This document shows positions 21,318 through 31,628 of a stretch of DNA of 64,000 bases, one piece after another. The notes under the pieces are model-generated. The model did no database searches and had not been told where the DNA came from. It worked only from the letters and a program-made list of their open reading frames with translations. Source of the DNA: Candidatus Dojkabacteria bacterium (lineage in GTDB: Bacteria > Patescibacteriota > Dojkabacteria > B142 > OLB20); NCBI GenBank assembly GCA_035444565.1, contig DAOMOX010000001.1, positions 130,335-194,334 on the forward strand, written 5' to 3'. A program made the translations under genes and the position numbers. Within the stretch, counting starts at the first letter, position 1. Each line of letters opens with the position of its first letter.

Positions 21318-23177
21318 ATTCTGCTTCGCAATCTCAGATAAATTCTTACGTTTTGACCAGATTCTCTCGGTTTTAGTCAAATATTGTTTTCTTAATCGAA
21401 GGTTTTTAGGTGTAACCTCAAGAATCTCATCCTTCGCCAAGAAGAACAGAGCAAATTCTAATGTTAATTGTTTAGGAGCTTTAAGCTGTATTTGAGTAAT
21501 CTCTGCCTGATTTCTCCTAACTCCTGATTTGGCTCTTTCTTTTGTGGGATTAACTTCTAGATCTTCTTCGTATTTATTGATTCCGATAATCATACCCTCA
21601 TAAACTTCAGTAGCTGGAATTACAAATAATTCTCCCCTTTCCTGAATCGTATTCAGTGAATAAGCTGCAGTTACTCCAGTATCAGAAGAAACTATTGCTC
21701 CTCTTCTGAAGAACTCAACCTTTGGACCTTGCTCTACGAACTCTAACATCGAGTTATGCATAATCAAGTTACCTTTGGTTTCGGTAATAAGGATATTTCG
21801 AAGTCCGAGTAGATTTGAAGTTAGAATCTTGTATGAAAAATACGTTCTGCCTGCATCCGTGTCCATGGAAATCATTTCACCTTTTCTACCACTTACAGTG
21901 TTTAATACAGTTCCACCGTATTCTTCAGGTACTTCAATGAATAGTTCCTCAAGTGGCTCATATTTCTTGCCATCAATCACTTTCGTTATGACTTCAGGTC
22001 GTCTCACTTGAAGTTCGAATCCTTCTCTACGTAATTCCTCAAGTAAAATTGAGAGTTGTAAATCTCCTCTACCTGCAACGTAAAATGAGCCCTGATCTGT
22101 TTTTTCTATATTTAAAGAAATATTTTGTACTGCTTCTTTTTCAAGTCTTTGCTGTAATTGCTTTGCGGTTACAAATTCTCCATCTTTTCCTACAAATGGA
22201 GAAGTATTCGCTTCAATTTTGATCCTTACAGAAGGCTCCGAAATTTCAATTATTGGTAATGGATCAATATTTTCTGATGTACTAACTGTTGCGCCAATTG
22301 CTCTTGAATCGATTCCAACTAAGGCAATAATCTCACCTGTTGCAGCTTTATCAATAGGTGTAAATCCCAGACCATGCTTTACCATAATCTGCTTGACTTT
22401 ACCCCTTGTGAGGATTTCAGGTTTTTCTGGACCAGGGAGTGAAACTACAACACTATCTTCTAACTTTATAGTTCCACTCAAAACCTTCCCGATTAGATAA
22501 TTTCCGATGTGTGAATCGTAATCTACGGAAGTAATCTGGAATTCGAATGGTGCTTGTGCATCACCTTCAGGAGCTGGAATGTATTCAATAATCTTATCGA
22601 GCAAACTTTTGATATTTGCTTCTGAATTTGTGTCTTCTGGAATTTCATCCCATACTTTTCCGTCCCTTGCTATAGCATAGAATACTGGAAATTCAAGTTG
22701 ATCATCCTCTGTAGCCAAAGTTAAGAATAAATCTTGAATTCTTGATAAAGTCTTAGCTAAGTTTGAAGCAGGTTTATCAATTTTATTAATTACAACAATT
22801 GGTTTCAACTTGAATTCTAATGCTTTTTTCAACACAAATCTTGTTTGAGGCATGGGACCTTCTTGTGCATCAACGATAATCAAACAGCCCTCGGCCATAT
22901 TCAGAGTTCTTTCCACTTCTCCACCAAAATCAGCATGACCAGGTGTATCGATAATATTAATATGGTAACCATTGTATTCCACAGAAACATTTTTAGCTTT
23001 GATTGTAATCCCCTTTTCTCTCTCCAAATCTCCAGTATCAAGAATCATACTTTGATTCATTTCTTCTTGGTTTTCACGAAAAACATGAGTCTGCTTCAAA
23101 AACGCATCAACAAGGGTTGTCTTCCCATGATCAACGTGGGCAATTATTGCTATGTTTCTAATTTTGTTCTGGTCCAT
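21306..23177 (-). CDS. typA: Translational GTPase TypA/BipA.
   Basis: The N terminus is near-identical in pattern to E. coli BipA (NIAIIAHVDHGKTTLVD, DTPGHADFGGEVER, PIVVINKID). 623 aa. Confidence 0.85.
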   Translation of the reverse strand: MDQNKIRNIAIIAHVDHGKTTLVDAFLKQTHVFRENQEEMNQSMILDTGDLEREKGITIKAKNVSVEYNGYHINIIDTPGHADFGGEVERTLNMAEGCLIIVDAQEGPMPQTRFVLKKALEFKLKPIVVINKIDKPASNLAKTLSRIQDLFLTLATEDDQLEFPVFYAIARDGKVWDEIPEDTNSEANIKSLLDKIIEYIPAPEGDAQAPFEFQITSVDYDSHIGNYLIGKVLSGTIKLEDSVVVSLPGPEKPEILTRGKVKQIMVKHGLGFTPIDKAATGEIIALVGIDSRAIGATVSTSENIDPLPIIEISEPSVRIKIEANTSPFVGKDGEFVTAKQLQQRLEKEAVQNISLNIEKTDQGSFYVAGRGDLQLSILLEELRREGFELQVRRPEVITKVIDGKKYEPLEELFIEVPEEYGGTVLNTVSGRKGEMISMDTDAGRTYFSYKILTSNLLGLRNILITETKGNLIMHNSMLEFVEQGPKVEFFRRGAIVSSDTGVTAAYSLNTIQERGELFVIPATEVYEGMIIGINKYEEDLEVNPTKERAKSGVRRNQAEITQIQLKAPKQLTLEFALFFLAKDEILEVTPKNLRLRKQYLTKTERIWSKRKNLSEIAKQNLVV

Positions 23178-23351
23178 AATTCAATTTTCATAAAATCCCT
23201 GAATACACGAAAATCCTCATATAATAGGATTTGTAAGTTCATGCTTCAAGGGGGAAGTTAAACATAGTCATTTTAACACATTTTGTGTGTATTTCGTTGA
23301 TTCTAGGAACAAATATATCTGTCTCAATTAGGAAGTATAGATGTCAGATGC

Positions 23352-24569
23352 TCACCTCCTAAATAATTTTTTCTTCAAATATCTATTTATAACTACGAAT
23401 AATCTTGAGTATTGGTTTTCAAATAAAACACTTAATATTTCATCGAAATGGAACAATGAAACAGCTTTAACCCCTCTGGTTATATTTCTATCACTTAATT
23501 TGCCATATACAAGTTTTGAGAGTTTTTCTGCAATCCAATATTCCTTTCTGAGATAACCTTTGGCTTCTTTCTCGTATTGACTGAAAACGAATTCATTCTT
23601 CCGAATTGCTTCATCTATGTATTTCGAAGCTAGTGTGGCATTTCTCATCCCGTAACGAATCCCTTCTCCTCCTAACCAATTAACAGAGGATACGACATCA
23701 CCTATGCCTACTACCCTGCCATTTTGATATGTATCTTTTCTTTTCGAGTTGTAGAAAAGCGTACCTCCGTGTTTTTCTGTGATTGTATATTCTTTTTTAT
23801 CCAGTCCGAGATAGTCCTCGATTATCTTCTCAATATATTCTGCAGGTTGGATTGGTTTTTTGAGATATTGAGGGTACCAGGCAACGCCAATTTTATATTC
23901 CTTATTGCTCATTGGGAAAATCCAGCCATAGCCATTTGAGATTTATTTGTACCCCAGGAAAAATTGAAAATCTTTAGAATCTATCTCTTTTTTAGTTTTC
24001 ACAATGAATTCAAGTCCTATTCCTTGAACATAATTCTTCGGATTATCTCTCTTTCCAGTAATCGATCTAGCACTTCCTGTTCCATCGACTAAAACATCGG
24101 TCACCACATTCTCGATTTTTTTATTAATAGAATTATATAAACTAATCTCTAAACTTCCCTCACCTAGGGTTTTGTGTTTTTTATATTCCCAACCCAACTT
24201 CACCTCTCCATGATGCTTCTGTACCTCATCAAGTAAGAACTCCCGTAGTTTTGTAAAATCCATTACAACACCTTTATTTTCTGGGGATATCCATTTTTTC
24301 TCGAAGTTAGTTGATACCAGGGTTAATTTGTTCCAGTAGGTTGCTACGACACTTTTAGGGAGTTCGAATTCTTTCAAAATACTAAGTGGAGCACCTGCAC
24401 TTGAGAAATTATTCAAACTTAAATCTCTAACTCGATCAACAATGAGGACTTTATGTCCTTTCTGAGTCAATAACCTGGCACATTGTCCCCCAGACGGACC
24501 CGCTCCAACTATCACAACATCGTATATTTTGTTTTTCTGTTCACTCATTTTTATTCTCAATAATCTCAT
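23352..24569 (-). pseudogene. Geranylgeranyl-reductase-family FAD oxidoreductase interrupted by one in-frame TAA at 23943-23945. It is listed as two ORFs, 23943..24569 and 23352..23912.
   Basis: N-terminal part has YDVVIVGAGPSGG Rossmann and DGTGSAR. The GGR motif GYGWIFP spans the stop. C-terminal part has GIGDVVSSVNWLGGEGI. Both pieces are in the same frame. Confidence 0.5.
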
Positions 24570-25044
24570 AGCTGTCGTAACCTTTCAATTCCTCCAAGGA
24601 AGGCACTTCAAACTCAGAATACCACTTTTCAATGTTCTCCATCGAAATATTAAATACTCCTTTAGGTGCTTCGGCGTTTCTTTTAGCTAAGCGATGTTTT
24701 AGAAGTTCTAGATCAGCTTTGAATAAGTAAATAGTGACTTCTGCTCCGATATTTTTTGCCTCTGTTTTATACCTCTCTCTTTCTTCAATTGACCAAAAAC
24801 CATTTTCAAGTAGAACTGTGTTCCCTAATTGTAATAATTTCTTGGCTTGAATCCATTGTCTTGATTCTACAATATCTCTAACTCTGTCCATTTCAAGGAT
24901 GTTGGTTTTATCTGCCAATAAGTCATAAACCCAATCGTCTGGGCAAAGTCTTACTATTGGCTTTTCTTTCTCTAATTTTTTCGCAAGTGTGGTTTTCCCT
25001 GTTCCAGGAAGACCACAAAATAAGAATAATTTTCCAGTGCTCAT
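24541..25044 (-). CDS. P-loop kinase (AAA_33 / zeta-toxin-like fold).
   Basis: Walker A GLPGTGKTT at the N terminus. Small size. Confidence 0.5.
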   Translation of the reverse strand: MSTGKLFLFCGLPGTGKTTLAKKLEKEKPIVRLCPDDWVYDLLADKTNILEMDRVRDIVESRQWIQAKKLLQLGNTVLLENGFWSIEERERYKTEAKNIGAEVTIYLFKADLELLKHRLAKRNAEAPKGVFNISMENIEKWYSEFEVPSLEELKGYDSYEIIENKNE

Positions 25045-25252
25045 GATAGATTAAAAATTTATTAATTATACTAGTTCAAAGTTTTAGTATAAATGGGATA
25101 TCAACATTAATAGTCTTTTACAAAAGTAATTTTATTTACTACTTTTTTTCTATTGACTTTGGCTTTTTCTAAACTATAATTATAAAAATATGATTTATTA
25201 ATGACTAACTTTCAACGCGAGAAATTACTAATCAATACATACTAGTTTATTA

Positions 25253-25275
25253 GGAGCCAAAGGCTCCTTTTTTTT
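25253..25275 (+). promoter_or_regulatory. Terminator-like hairpin plus T8, 17 nt upstream of the ABC-operon start. Candidate attenuator.
   Basis: GGAGCCAAAGGCTCC followed by TTTTTTTT. No + strand gene lies upstream for it to terminate. Confidence 0.3.
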
Positions 25276-25292
25276 GGCCTAAAATAGGCACT

Positions 25293-26078
25293 ATGAAAAA
25301 GAAAAATAGAAAAATACTCTCTTATTTAATAAAAATTTCACTGATTCTGATACTGCTATTTATTTGGGAACAAATTGTAATTAGCTTCGAGATACCCAAA
25401 AGAATACTTCCAAAACCTAGTCAGATTATTGATTATTTATCAAGCGACTTTAGTTCGGGAAAGTACACATTACTCATAAAAACACTTCTTAGTTTCCGCG
25501 ATGCATTAATCGGATTCTCCATTTCTGTAATTTTAGGCACATTACTAGGGATAATTTTTCATCAATTTAAAATACTTAAAACAATCTTCTCTCCATTCAT
25601 TTTAATTTCACAATTATTACCAGTCCCTGCTTTCGCGCCAGTAGTAGCAGCATTGCTAGGATACGGATTTGAAACAAAAATCATTATTATCGTACTGTTC
25701 ACGATTTTCCCAGTAATTGTGACAGTTGAAAGCACAATTTCCAGTTTATCCGCCAACTATTTTGCTTTGTTCTCATCATACAATGCAAAAAAAATCGAAG
25801 TAATTAAAAAACTCTTCCTACCATCAATTCTTCCTGACTTGATAACCACAATGAAAATTTTAACAACTGCATCCATAGTGACATCAATAATCGCAGAACT
25901 CCCTTTGACAGTAAGTGGTGGGATTGGAAAAGACATTTACAACTCATTTAATAATCAAATAACTACTCGTGTATGGGCAAGTCTAGTTATGCTATGCACA
26001 GTTTCAATATTATTTTTCAAATCGATGCTCGAGATTGAGAAAACCATTATTAATAAATATCGCTATGCAAAAGAATAA
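25293..26078 (+). CDS. ABC transporter permease (NitT/TauT/SsuC family).
   Basis: Six TM segments. The operon also has an ATPase, a second permease and an NMT1-like binding protein. Confidence 0.7.
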   Translation: MKKKNRKILSYLIKISLILILLFIWEQIVISFEIPKRILPKPSQIIDYLSSDFSSGKYTLLIKTLLSFRDALIGFSISVILGTLLGIIFHQFKILKTIFSPFILISQLLPVPAFAPVVAALLGYGFETKIIIIVLFTIFPVIVTVESTISSLSANYFALFSSYNAKKIEVIKKLFLPSILPDLITTMKILTTASIVTSIIAELPLTVSGGIGKDIYNSFNNQITTRVWASLVMLCTVSILFFKSMLEIEKTIINKYRYAKE

Positions 26079-26856
26079 CAGTATTGAAATAAAAGAATTA
26101 TCAATCCTTTACAACGACTTAAAAATCGGTCTTGAGGCTGTATCAAAAGTATCGTTCGATGTGAAAAATGGGGAATTCATTTCAATCGTAGGACCATCTG
26201 GTTGCGGTAAATCAACCATACTGAAAGTTATCAGCGACACTCTTGATCTCTCGTATTCCGAAACAAGAGGTGACGTAAAGGTACTGGGAAGTTCACCTAA
26301 AAAAGCCAGAGAACAAAGGAAAATCGGCTTCGTATTCCAAAAACCGACACTACTCCAATGGAGGAATCTTGAGAAAAACGTGAGTTTGCCATTGGAAATT
26401 ATCGGATTAAACAAAGTTGAGATTAAAAAACGAGTCAAGAAGTTGTTGAAAATGGTCGAACTTGAGAAATATGCAAGTTATCATCCTGACCAATTATCAG
26501 GCGGAATGCAGCAGAAAGTTTCAATCGCTCGAGCACTTGCATATGACCCAGAGATCCTATTAATGGATGAGCCTTTCGGAGCATTGGATGAAATAAATCG
26601 CAGAAAAATGAATGACGAATTACTTAGTGTATGGAAAGAGACGGGGAAAACTATCGTCTTTGTTACACACAGCATCGAAGAAGCGATCTATCTCTCTCAA
26701 AGAATCATCGTTTTGACAAAACAACCCGGGAGAATTAAAAAAATCATCAATGTAGAGCTTCCTTATCCCAGAAAGGAAGAGTTAGGAAGCATGAAGTTTT
26801 ATAAGTATATAAATCAAATTCGCTCATTATTGGAAAATGAAGAAGAAATCGTTTAA
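26035..26856 (+). CDS. ABC transporter ATP-binding protein (SsuB/TauB-like).
   Basis: Walker A GPSGCGKST, signature LSGGMQQKVSIARAL, Walker B LLMDEPFGALD. Confidence 0.8.
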   Translation: MRKPLLINIAMQKNNSIEIKELSILYNDLKIGLEAVSKVSFDVKNGEFISIVGPSGCGKSTILKVISDTLDLSYSETRGDVKVLGSSPKKAREQRKIGFVFQKPTLLQWRNLEKNVSLPLEIIGLNKVEIKKRVKKLLKMVELEKYASYHPDQLSGGMQQKVSIARALAYDPEILLMDEPFGALDEINRRKMNDELLSVWKETGKTIVFVTHSIEEAIYLSQRIIVLTKQPGRIKKIINVELPYPRKEELGSMKFYKYINQIRSLLENEEEIV

Positions 26857-27595
26857 AAATTTTAAAGATTTAATTGTGATGGCACTTTCCTTGGGCGTGT
26901 TTTTCGTCATCTGGGAACTATTTGTTAAATATTCTGATATAAGTGCCACCGTATTGGTAGCTCCTTCTGAAATTCTTCCAGTTATCACGAATAACTATGA
27001 TACATTACTTAAAGAATTGAAATACACCTCCGAAGAAGTTCTCTATGGATGGTTTTGGGGAAATCTCCTCGCTTTAGTGACTTCAATAGTTATATTTTCC
27101 TATAAAAAAATCTCCGATTCAGTCATAAGTTTAGGGGTTATTGTGAATGCAGTACCTTTGATTGCACTCGCTGCGATTCTAGGCGGATTTATCGGTACAG
27201 ATCAAAACGCAAAAACTATCATTGTTGCTATATTATGTTTCTTCCCGATGTTAATTGTGACAACCACTGCTTTCAAACGAGTAAACGGAGACTACAAAAG
27301 ACTTTTTGACAGCTATAATTCAAGCAAACCTATAACGTTTATCAAACTGATTTTCCCTGCGAGTTTGCCAGCAATTTTCACAGTCTTGAAACTTAACGTG
27401 GTCAATGCAATCACCACCGCAATAGTAAGCGAATTTTTTGGAGCACACGGAGGGATAGGTCAGTTCATACTAGCTAGAAAAGGTTTTTATGATCTGCCGA
27501 TGGTTTGGGCAGGAATATTTTTCATAGTAATTAGTGGGAGTTTGTTCTACTTCACGATAGAAATCGCGAAGAGATTATTTATAAAGTGGAATTAA
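26837..27595 (+). CDS. ABC transporter permease (second subunit).
   Basis: Polytopic. In the operon. Confidence 0.7.
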   Translation: MKKKSFKNFKDLIVMALSLGVFFVIWELFVKYSDISATVLVAPSEILPVITNNYDTLLKELKYTSEEVLYGWFWGNLLALVTSIVIFSYKKISDSVISLGVIVNAVPLIALAAILGGFIGTDQNAKTIIVAILCFFPMLIVTTTAFKRVNGDYKRLFDSYNSSKPITFIKLIFPASLPAIFTVLKLNVVNAITTAIVSEFFGAHGGIGQFILARKGFYDLPMVWAGIFFIVISGSLFYFTIEIAKRLFIKWN

Positions 27596-27622
27596 TTTAT
27601 TTTTATTTTTTATTTTTTTAAG

Positions 27623-28714
27623 ATGACAGAAAGCAAAAGCTCCCCAGGCAAATGGGTTTTCGTTTTAATTCTGGCGTTTATTGCTGTAGGCAGCATATAT
27701 ATGTACAACAATAAATCAGCTGACACAGAAAGCGACGACGGAGAAAAGGACAAGATAGTCCTTCAATTGAAATGGGTTCCACAAGCTCAATTTGCAGGTT
27801 ACTTTACTGCATTAGAAAAAGGCTATTACGAAGATGAGAATATCGAAGTAGAAATCAAATCAGGTGGTGTAGGAATCAACCCAGTAGATGTTCTTATTGC
27901 TGACGATGCTGACGTAGCAGTCGCCTGGACAGGTAACGTACTACCTGCAATTGCAAAGGGTGAAGAGTTGGTAAATATCGGCCAAGGACTTCAAAGTACT
28001 GGTATGGTTTTGGTAGCAAAAAAATCTTCCGGAATAGTAAACCCTGCTGACATAGCAGGTAAAAAGATTGGTGTGTGGGCAGGAGGAAATGAAACTGAGC
28101 CATTTGCTTTTATTGCTAAACAAGGACTTGATAGGGACAAAGATGTTGAAATAATTTCGCAAGCATTCGATATGAACCAACTTTTAAATGACGAAATCCA
28201 CCTTGCATCAGCTATGAAATATAACGAATTAGAGCTAGTTTTTGAATCCGGATTAAAAGAAGAAGATTTGACCATCTTCGATCTTGAGGACTCAGGGGCT
28301 GGTATGCTTCAGGATGGTCTATTTGTCAGAAGAGATTATCTTGATGAAAATGAAGATGTGTTAGTCAGATTTCTAAGAGCAAGTATGAAAGGATGGGACT
28401 ACGCTATCATGAATCAAGAGGAAGCAATCGATATGATTGGCATGGACTTCACAGAGAATGACGTAACAGCAAGACCTCATCAGCTAAAAAGTATGGAGCA
28501 GATGGCGAAATTATTCATTGCTGACAAAGGTACATCTGAAGGTTTGTTCTTTATTGATGAAGATAAACTTGAGAATACGGTAGAAATCGCTAGAGAGTTT
28601 GTAAAGGAAGTGAAAGAAGGAGAAGACTTCAATATAGAGGATATTTACACGAACGATATCTGGGAAGAAGCTGTAAAAGAAGTCGATTTTAGTGATTACA
28701 GTGAAATTAACTAA
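27623..28714 (+). CDS. ABC substrate-binding protein (NMT1/THI5/SsuA-like).
   Basis: N-terminal anchor/signal. LKWVPQAQFAGYF is typical of NMT1-like binding proteins. Confidence 0.7.
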   Translation: MTESKSSPGKWVFVLILAFIAVGSIYMYNNKSADTESDDGEKDKIVLQLKWVPQAQFAGYFTALEKGYYEDENIEVEIKSGGVGINPVDVLIADDADVAVAWTGNVLPAIAKGEELVNIGQGLQSTGMVLVAKKSSGIVNPADIAGKKIGVWAGGNETEPFAFIAKQGLDRDKDVEIISQAFDMNQLLNDEIHLASAMKYNELELVFESGLKEEDLTIFDLEDSGAGMLQDGLFVRRDYLDENEDVLVRFLRASMKGWDYAIMNQEEAIDMIGMDFTENDVTARPHQLKSMEQMAKLFIADKGTSEGLFFIDEDKLENTVEIAREFVKEVKEGEDFNIEDIYTNDIWEEAVKEVDFSDYSEIN

Positions 28715-28728
28715 TTAAATATTAAACA

Positions 28729-29142
28729 ATGAAAACATTTGTCGAAAGATTACATAAAGGTTCAGATCTTAAGCTCGAGATTAAGCGAATTGCAAAGGAG
28801 AATCATTTTTCTGCAGCCTGCATTGTTAATGCAGTCGGAAGTTTAAGCAAACTAATTGTAAGAACCGACGTTAGGGATGGAAAACCTGTAATCAAAGAAT
28901 ACGGCAAAGTTGAAGTTGTTTCATTAATTGGAACTATCGGCAAAGACGGTGACCACCTACACATCCATATCGCAGGAGGACAAATAGATGGTATTGTTGT
29001 AGGTGGTCACCTCGTAGATGGATGCATAGTGCATACAACGGTGGAGCTTATGTTTCTAGTAATGGAAGAAATGGAATTTATCACCGAACTAGATTCAAAT
29101 ACTGGTTTCGATGAATTGGTTGTGAAGAAAGTAAAGTCATAA
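28729..29142 (+). CDS. PPC/PCC (DUF296) domain protein.
   Basis: HLHIHIAGGQIDGIVVGGHL matches the DUF296 core. Confidence 0.55.
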   Translation: MKTFVERLHKGSDLKLEIKRIAKENHFSAACIVNAVGSLSKLIVRTDVRDGKPVIKEYGKVEVVSLIGTIGKDGDHLHIHIAGGQIDGIVVGGHLVDGCIVHTTVELMFLVMEEMEFITELDSNTGFDELVVKKVKS

Positions 29143-29158
29143 TTATTAATTAATATTA

Positions 29159-29833
29159 ATGAAAAAGCATAATGTGAGGGTAATCAACACCCCGATGGTA
29201 ATTGATTTGATTACTAAATTAAGAGATATAAACACAAATTCCCAACTATTCCGAATTTATTTGAACGAAATCTCAAAACTTTTGATCTACGAAGCATTAA
29301 GTGATGTAGAAATGAAAGCTAATAAAGTTCCGACTCAAACTGGAATTGATTTTGAGGGTGAAACAATTGGAGAAAGAATTGCATTCATCTCAATTCTACG
29401 AGCAAGTCTAGGGATGCTTTCTTCGGCAATGGAATTCTTCCCTGAAGGTGAATTTCACTGTCTTGGAATGAAACGTAACGAAGAAGATCCAAATAATATC
29501 GAACCCAATTTCTATTTGGACCGACTTGAAGAAATGAGTCCGAAAACTAACAGAGTCTTAGTCATGGATCCAATGTTAGCTACTGGTGGTTCGATGATCT
29601 CGGCACTCAAATCAGTAAAAGAGAAACACGGCTTTAAAGGAAAGATTCAGGTTTTGAGTTTAATCACTGCTCAACCTGGAGCAGAAGCCATCTATAAAAA
29701 ATTCCCAGAGGTTGAAATAATATGTGCTGGTTTAGATGAGAAACTAAACGAACATGCTTATATCATTCCAGGACTGGGGGATGCTGGAGATAGGCTTTTT
29801 GGAATCAATACCGACTTGACTACAATACAATAG
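29159..29833 (+). CDS. upp: Uracil phosphoribosyltransferase.
   Basis: 224 aa. PRPP-binding VLVMDPMLATGGS and the C-terminal YIIPGLGDAGDRLFG motif. Confidence 0.8.
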   Translation: MKKHNVRVINTPMVIDLITKLRDINTNSQLFRIYLNEISKLLIYEALSDVEMKANKVPTQTGIDFEGETIGERIAFISILRASLGMLSSAMEFFPEGEFHCLGMKRNEEDPNNIEPNFYLDRLEEMSPKTNRVLVMDPMLATGGSMISALKSVKEKHGFKGKIQVLSLITAQPGAEAIYKKFPEVEIICAGLDEKLNEHAYIIPGLGDAGDRLFGINTDLTTIQ

Positions 29834-30024
29834 TAATGGACAAGATTTATAAGTTAGGCAATCGTTATATAAATGCGCTATAATAGTACATGGTATTAGA
29901 TACCAATATTTTGCTTGAATCTACACAATTGTTGACTGAGGAACATAACGCTTTTCTTCCCCATTTTAGTACCAAGCATTCCATTTAAGTTTGGCGTAGA
30001 TAGAAACTTAGAATCTATAGAAAT

Positions 30025-30885
30025 ATGCAATCAAGCAACAGCATTCTAGTTTTACCCACAATCCACAATATCGAAGAAGTGATCTCTGGATTATCTGCAA
30101 AGTATAAATTAACGAAGGGCAAATTCTCTCAATTGGAATACATCCTGAAAGATGGAAAAGTTATTTTAAGACACGCAGGTCGCGATATTAAAGAATTCTC
30201 CAACGTATGGCTCTCTTCATATTGGAGATCGAGAGATTTAGCATACGCAGTGAAGCTTTATTTAACACACAATGAAATTTCACATACTTATGTTGAAAAA
30301 GCTACGTCAAAACTAACTGATCAAATAATTTTCGCACTAAATAATATTTCAATTCCAAATACTTTTTTTATTGATGACGAAGACATTTCAAGTCATATTG
30401 ATACAATTGAAGATGTCTGTAAGTACCCATTAATAATCAAAGACATCACTGGCTCAGGTGGTCGCCTTTCTGCATTAGTCAGTAACAGAGAACAACTACT
30501 TGATAAATACAAGGAGTTACCTAAGCGAAAGAAATATTTATTCCAACAATTCATTCCCAATGATTACGATTGGGGAATTTTAATCGTAAATGGAAAAGCA
30601 GTCTCGGCAGAGAAAAGTTTTTCTATTCAAGGTGAGTTTTTAAATAACGCTTGTAACGGAGCAAAAGAAGTTTTCGTAGAGATGAATGAAGTTCCGCAAC
30701 ACATTATAGATATGGCAATAAAATCGACTAAACTATTGAAGTTAAATTGGGCACGCGCAGATATCGTTATTGATAAAAAAACCAATAAAGCCTACATCAT
30801 GGAGGTTAATCGATGTCCTGGTATTAGTACTGGATCTTCTGAAGTTATCGGAGCTCAGATATTCTTGGATAATCACCTAGAATAG
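30025..30885 (+). CDS. ATP-grasp-domain protein (RimK-like ligase family).
   Basis: PLIIKDITGSGG, FQQFIP and MEVNRCPGI resemble ATP-grasp motifs. Confidence 0.55.
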   Translation: MQSSNSILVLPTIHNIEEVISGLSAKYKLTKGKFSQLEYILKDGKVILRHAGRDIKEFSNVWLSSYWRSRDLAYAVKLYLTHNEISHTYVEKATSKLTDQIIFALNNISIPNTFFIDDEDISSHIDTIEDVCKYPLIIKDITGSGGRLSALVSNREQLLDKYKELPKRKKYLFQQFIPNDYDWGILIVNGKAVSAEKSFSIQGEFLNNACNGAKEVFVEMNEVPQHIIDMAIKSTKLLKLNWARADIVIDKKTNKAYIMEVNRCPGISTGSSEVIGAQIFLDNHLE

Positions 30886-30915
30886 ACAAAAAAAGAGCAG
30901 ACCGAAGTCTGCTCT
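30886..30915 (-). terminator. Rho-independent terminator for cspA, read on the minus strand.
   Basis: AGAGCAGACCGAAGTCTGCTCT preceded by an A7 run on the + strand, giving a T7 run after the hairpin on the minus strand. Confidence 0.55.
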
Positions 30916-30934
30916 CTATTAAATTCTGTAAATT

Positions 30935-31141
30935 TTACTCTACTAGTTTAATATTTACTGCACTTAGACCCTTTTGAGTTTCTTCAACATCGAATTCGAC
31001 ATTATCGCCAACTCTTAGTTTTCTAGTAGCAAGTTCGCCTTCTAGGACACTTTCATGATAGAAAATATCTTTGTCTGCGCCTTCTTTACTGATAAAGCCG
31101 AAGCCTTTGTCTGTAACAGTTTTTACTGTACCGTTTGCCAT
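30935..31141 (-). CDS. cspA: Cold-shock protein (CspA family).
   Basis: 68 aa. GTVKTVTDKGFGFI RNP1 motif and FYHESV. Confidence 0.8.
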   Translation of the reverse strand: MANGTVKTVTDKGFGFISKEGADKDIFYHESVLEGELATRKLRVGDNVEFDVEETQKGLSAVNIKLVE

Positions 31142-31281
31142 TTTTATATATAAAAAAATAAAATTCGTTAGGGAAAACTCTAGAGAAACTTTTGGGGGAT
31201 TGCCTAAATATTCTTCCTAAACTTGAACTATTATAACATAAAGAGAAAGTTTAAACTACTTTACCTATCAAACAAAGATAT

Positions 31282-31560
31282 TCAATAACTATTAATGATT
31301 AACAATATCATCACTATCCACCCCAATAATTTTCTAAACCTATTAACCCCTTGTGTGAGTTCCAAGTAGGCCCATATAAACAAGAAGCCCATACTTAACT
31401 GGTTAAACATAGAATTGTATGCTGGAAGAACTTTTAAGTAGACAATGATTTTAGATACTAACCAAATTAATAGTGGTGCATTCGGAAATTGCCATAGAAC
31501 AAGTTTCCCTGTCTTATCATAGAAAAAATATTTATATATGCTTATTAAATCCCCTCGCAT
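31282..31560 (-). CDS. Hypothetical small membrane protein.
   Basis: Three hydrophobic segments. Confidence 0.3.
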   Translation of the reverse strand: MRGDLISIYKYFFYDKTGKLVLWQFPNAPLLIWLVSKIIVYLKVLPAYNSMFNQLSMGFLFIWAYLELTQGVNRFRKLLGWIVMILLIINSY

Positions 31561-31628
31561 CTTAAAATTGAATTGATTGAAGTAATACTATAACATTTTA
31601 TATATACATTAATTATCAGTATCGTTTT

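Noticed and set aside
25045-25292. Possible TPP (THI-box) riboswitch ahead of the THI5/NMT1-type ABC transporter.
   Set aside because: No CUGAGA core or other THI-box elements could be found by eye. Only the terminator hairpin is supported.
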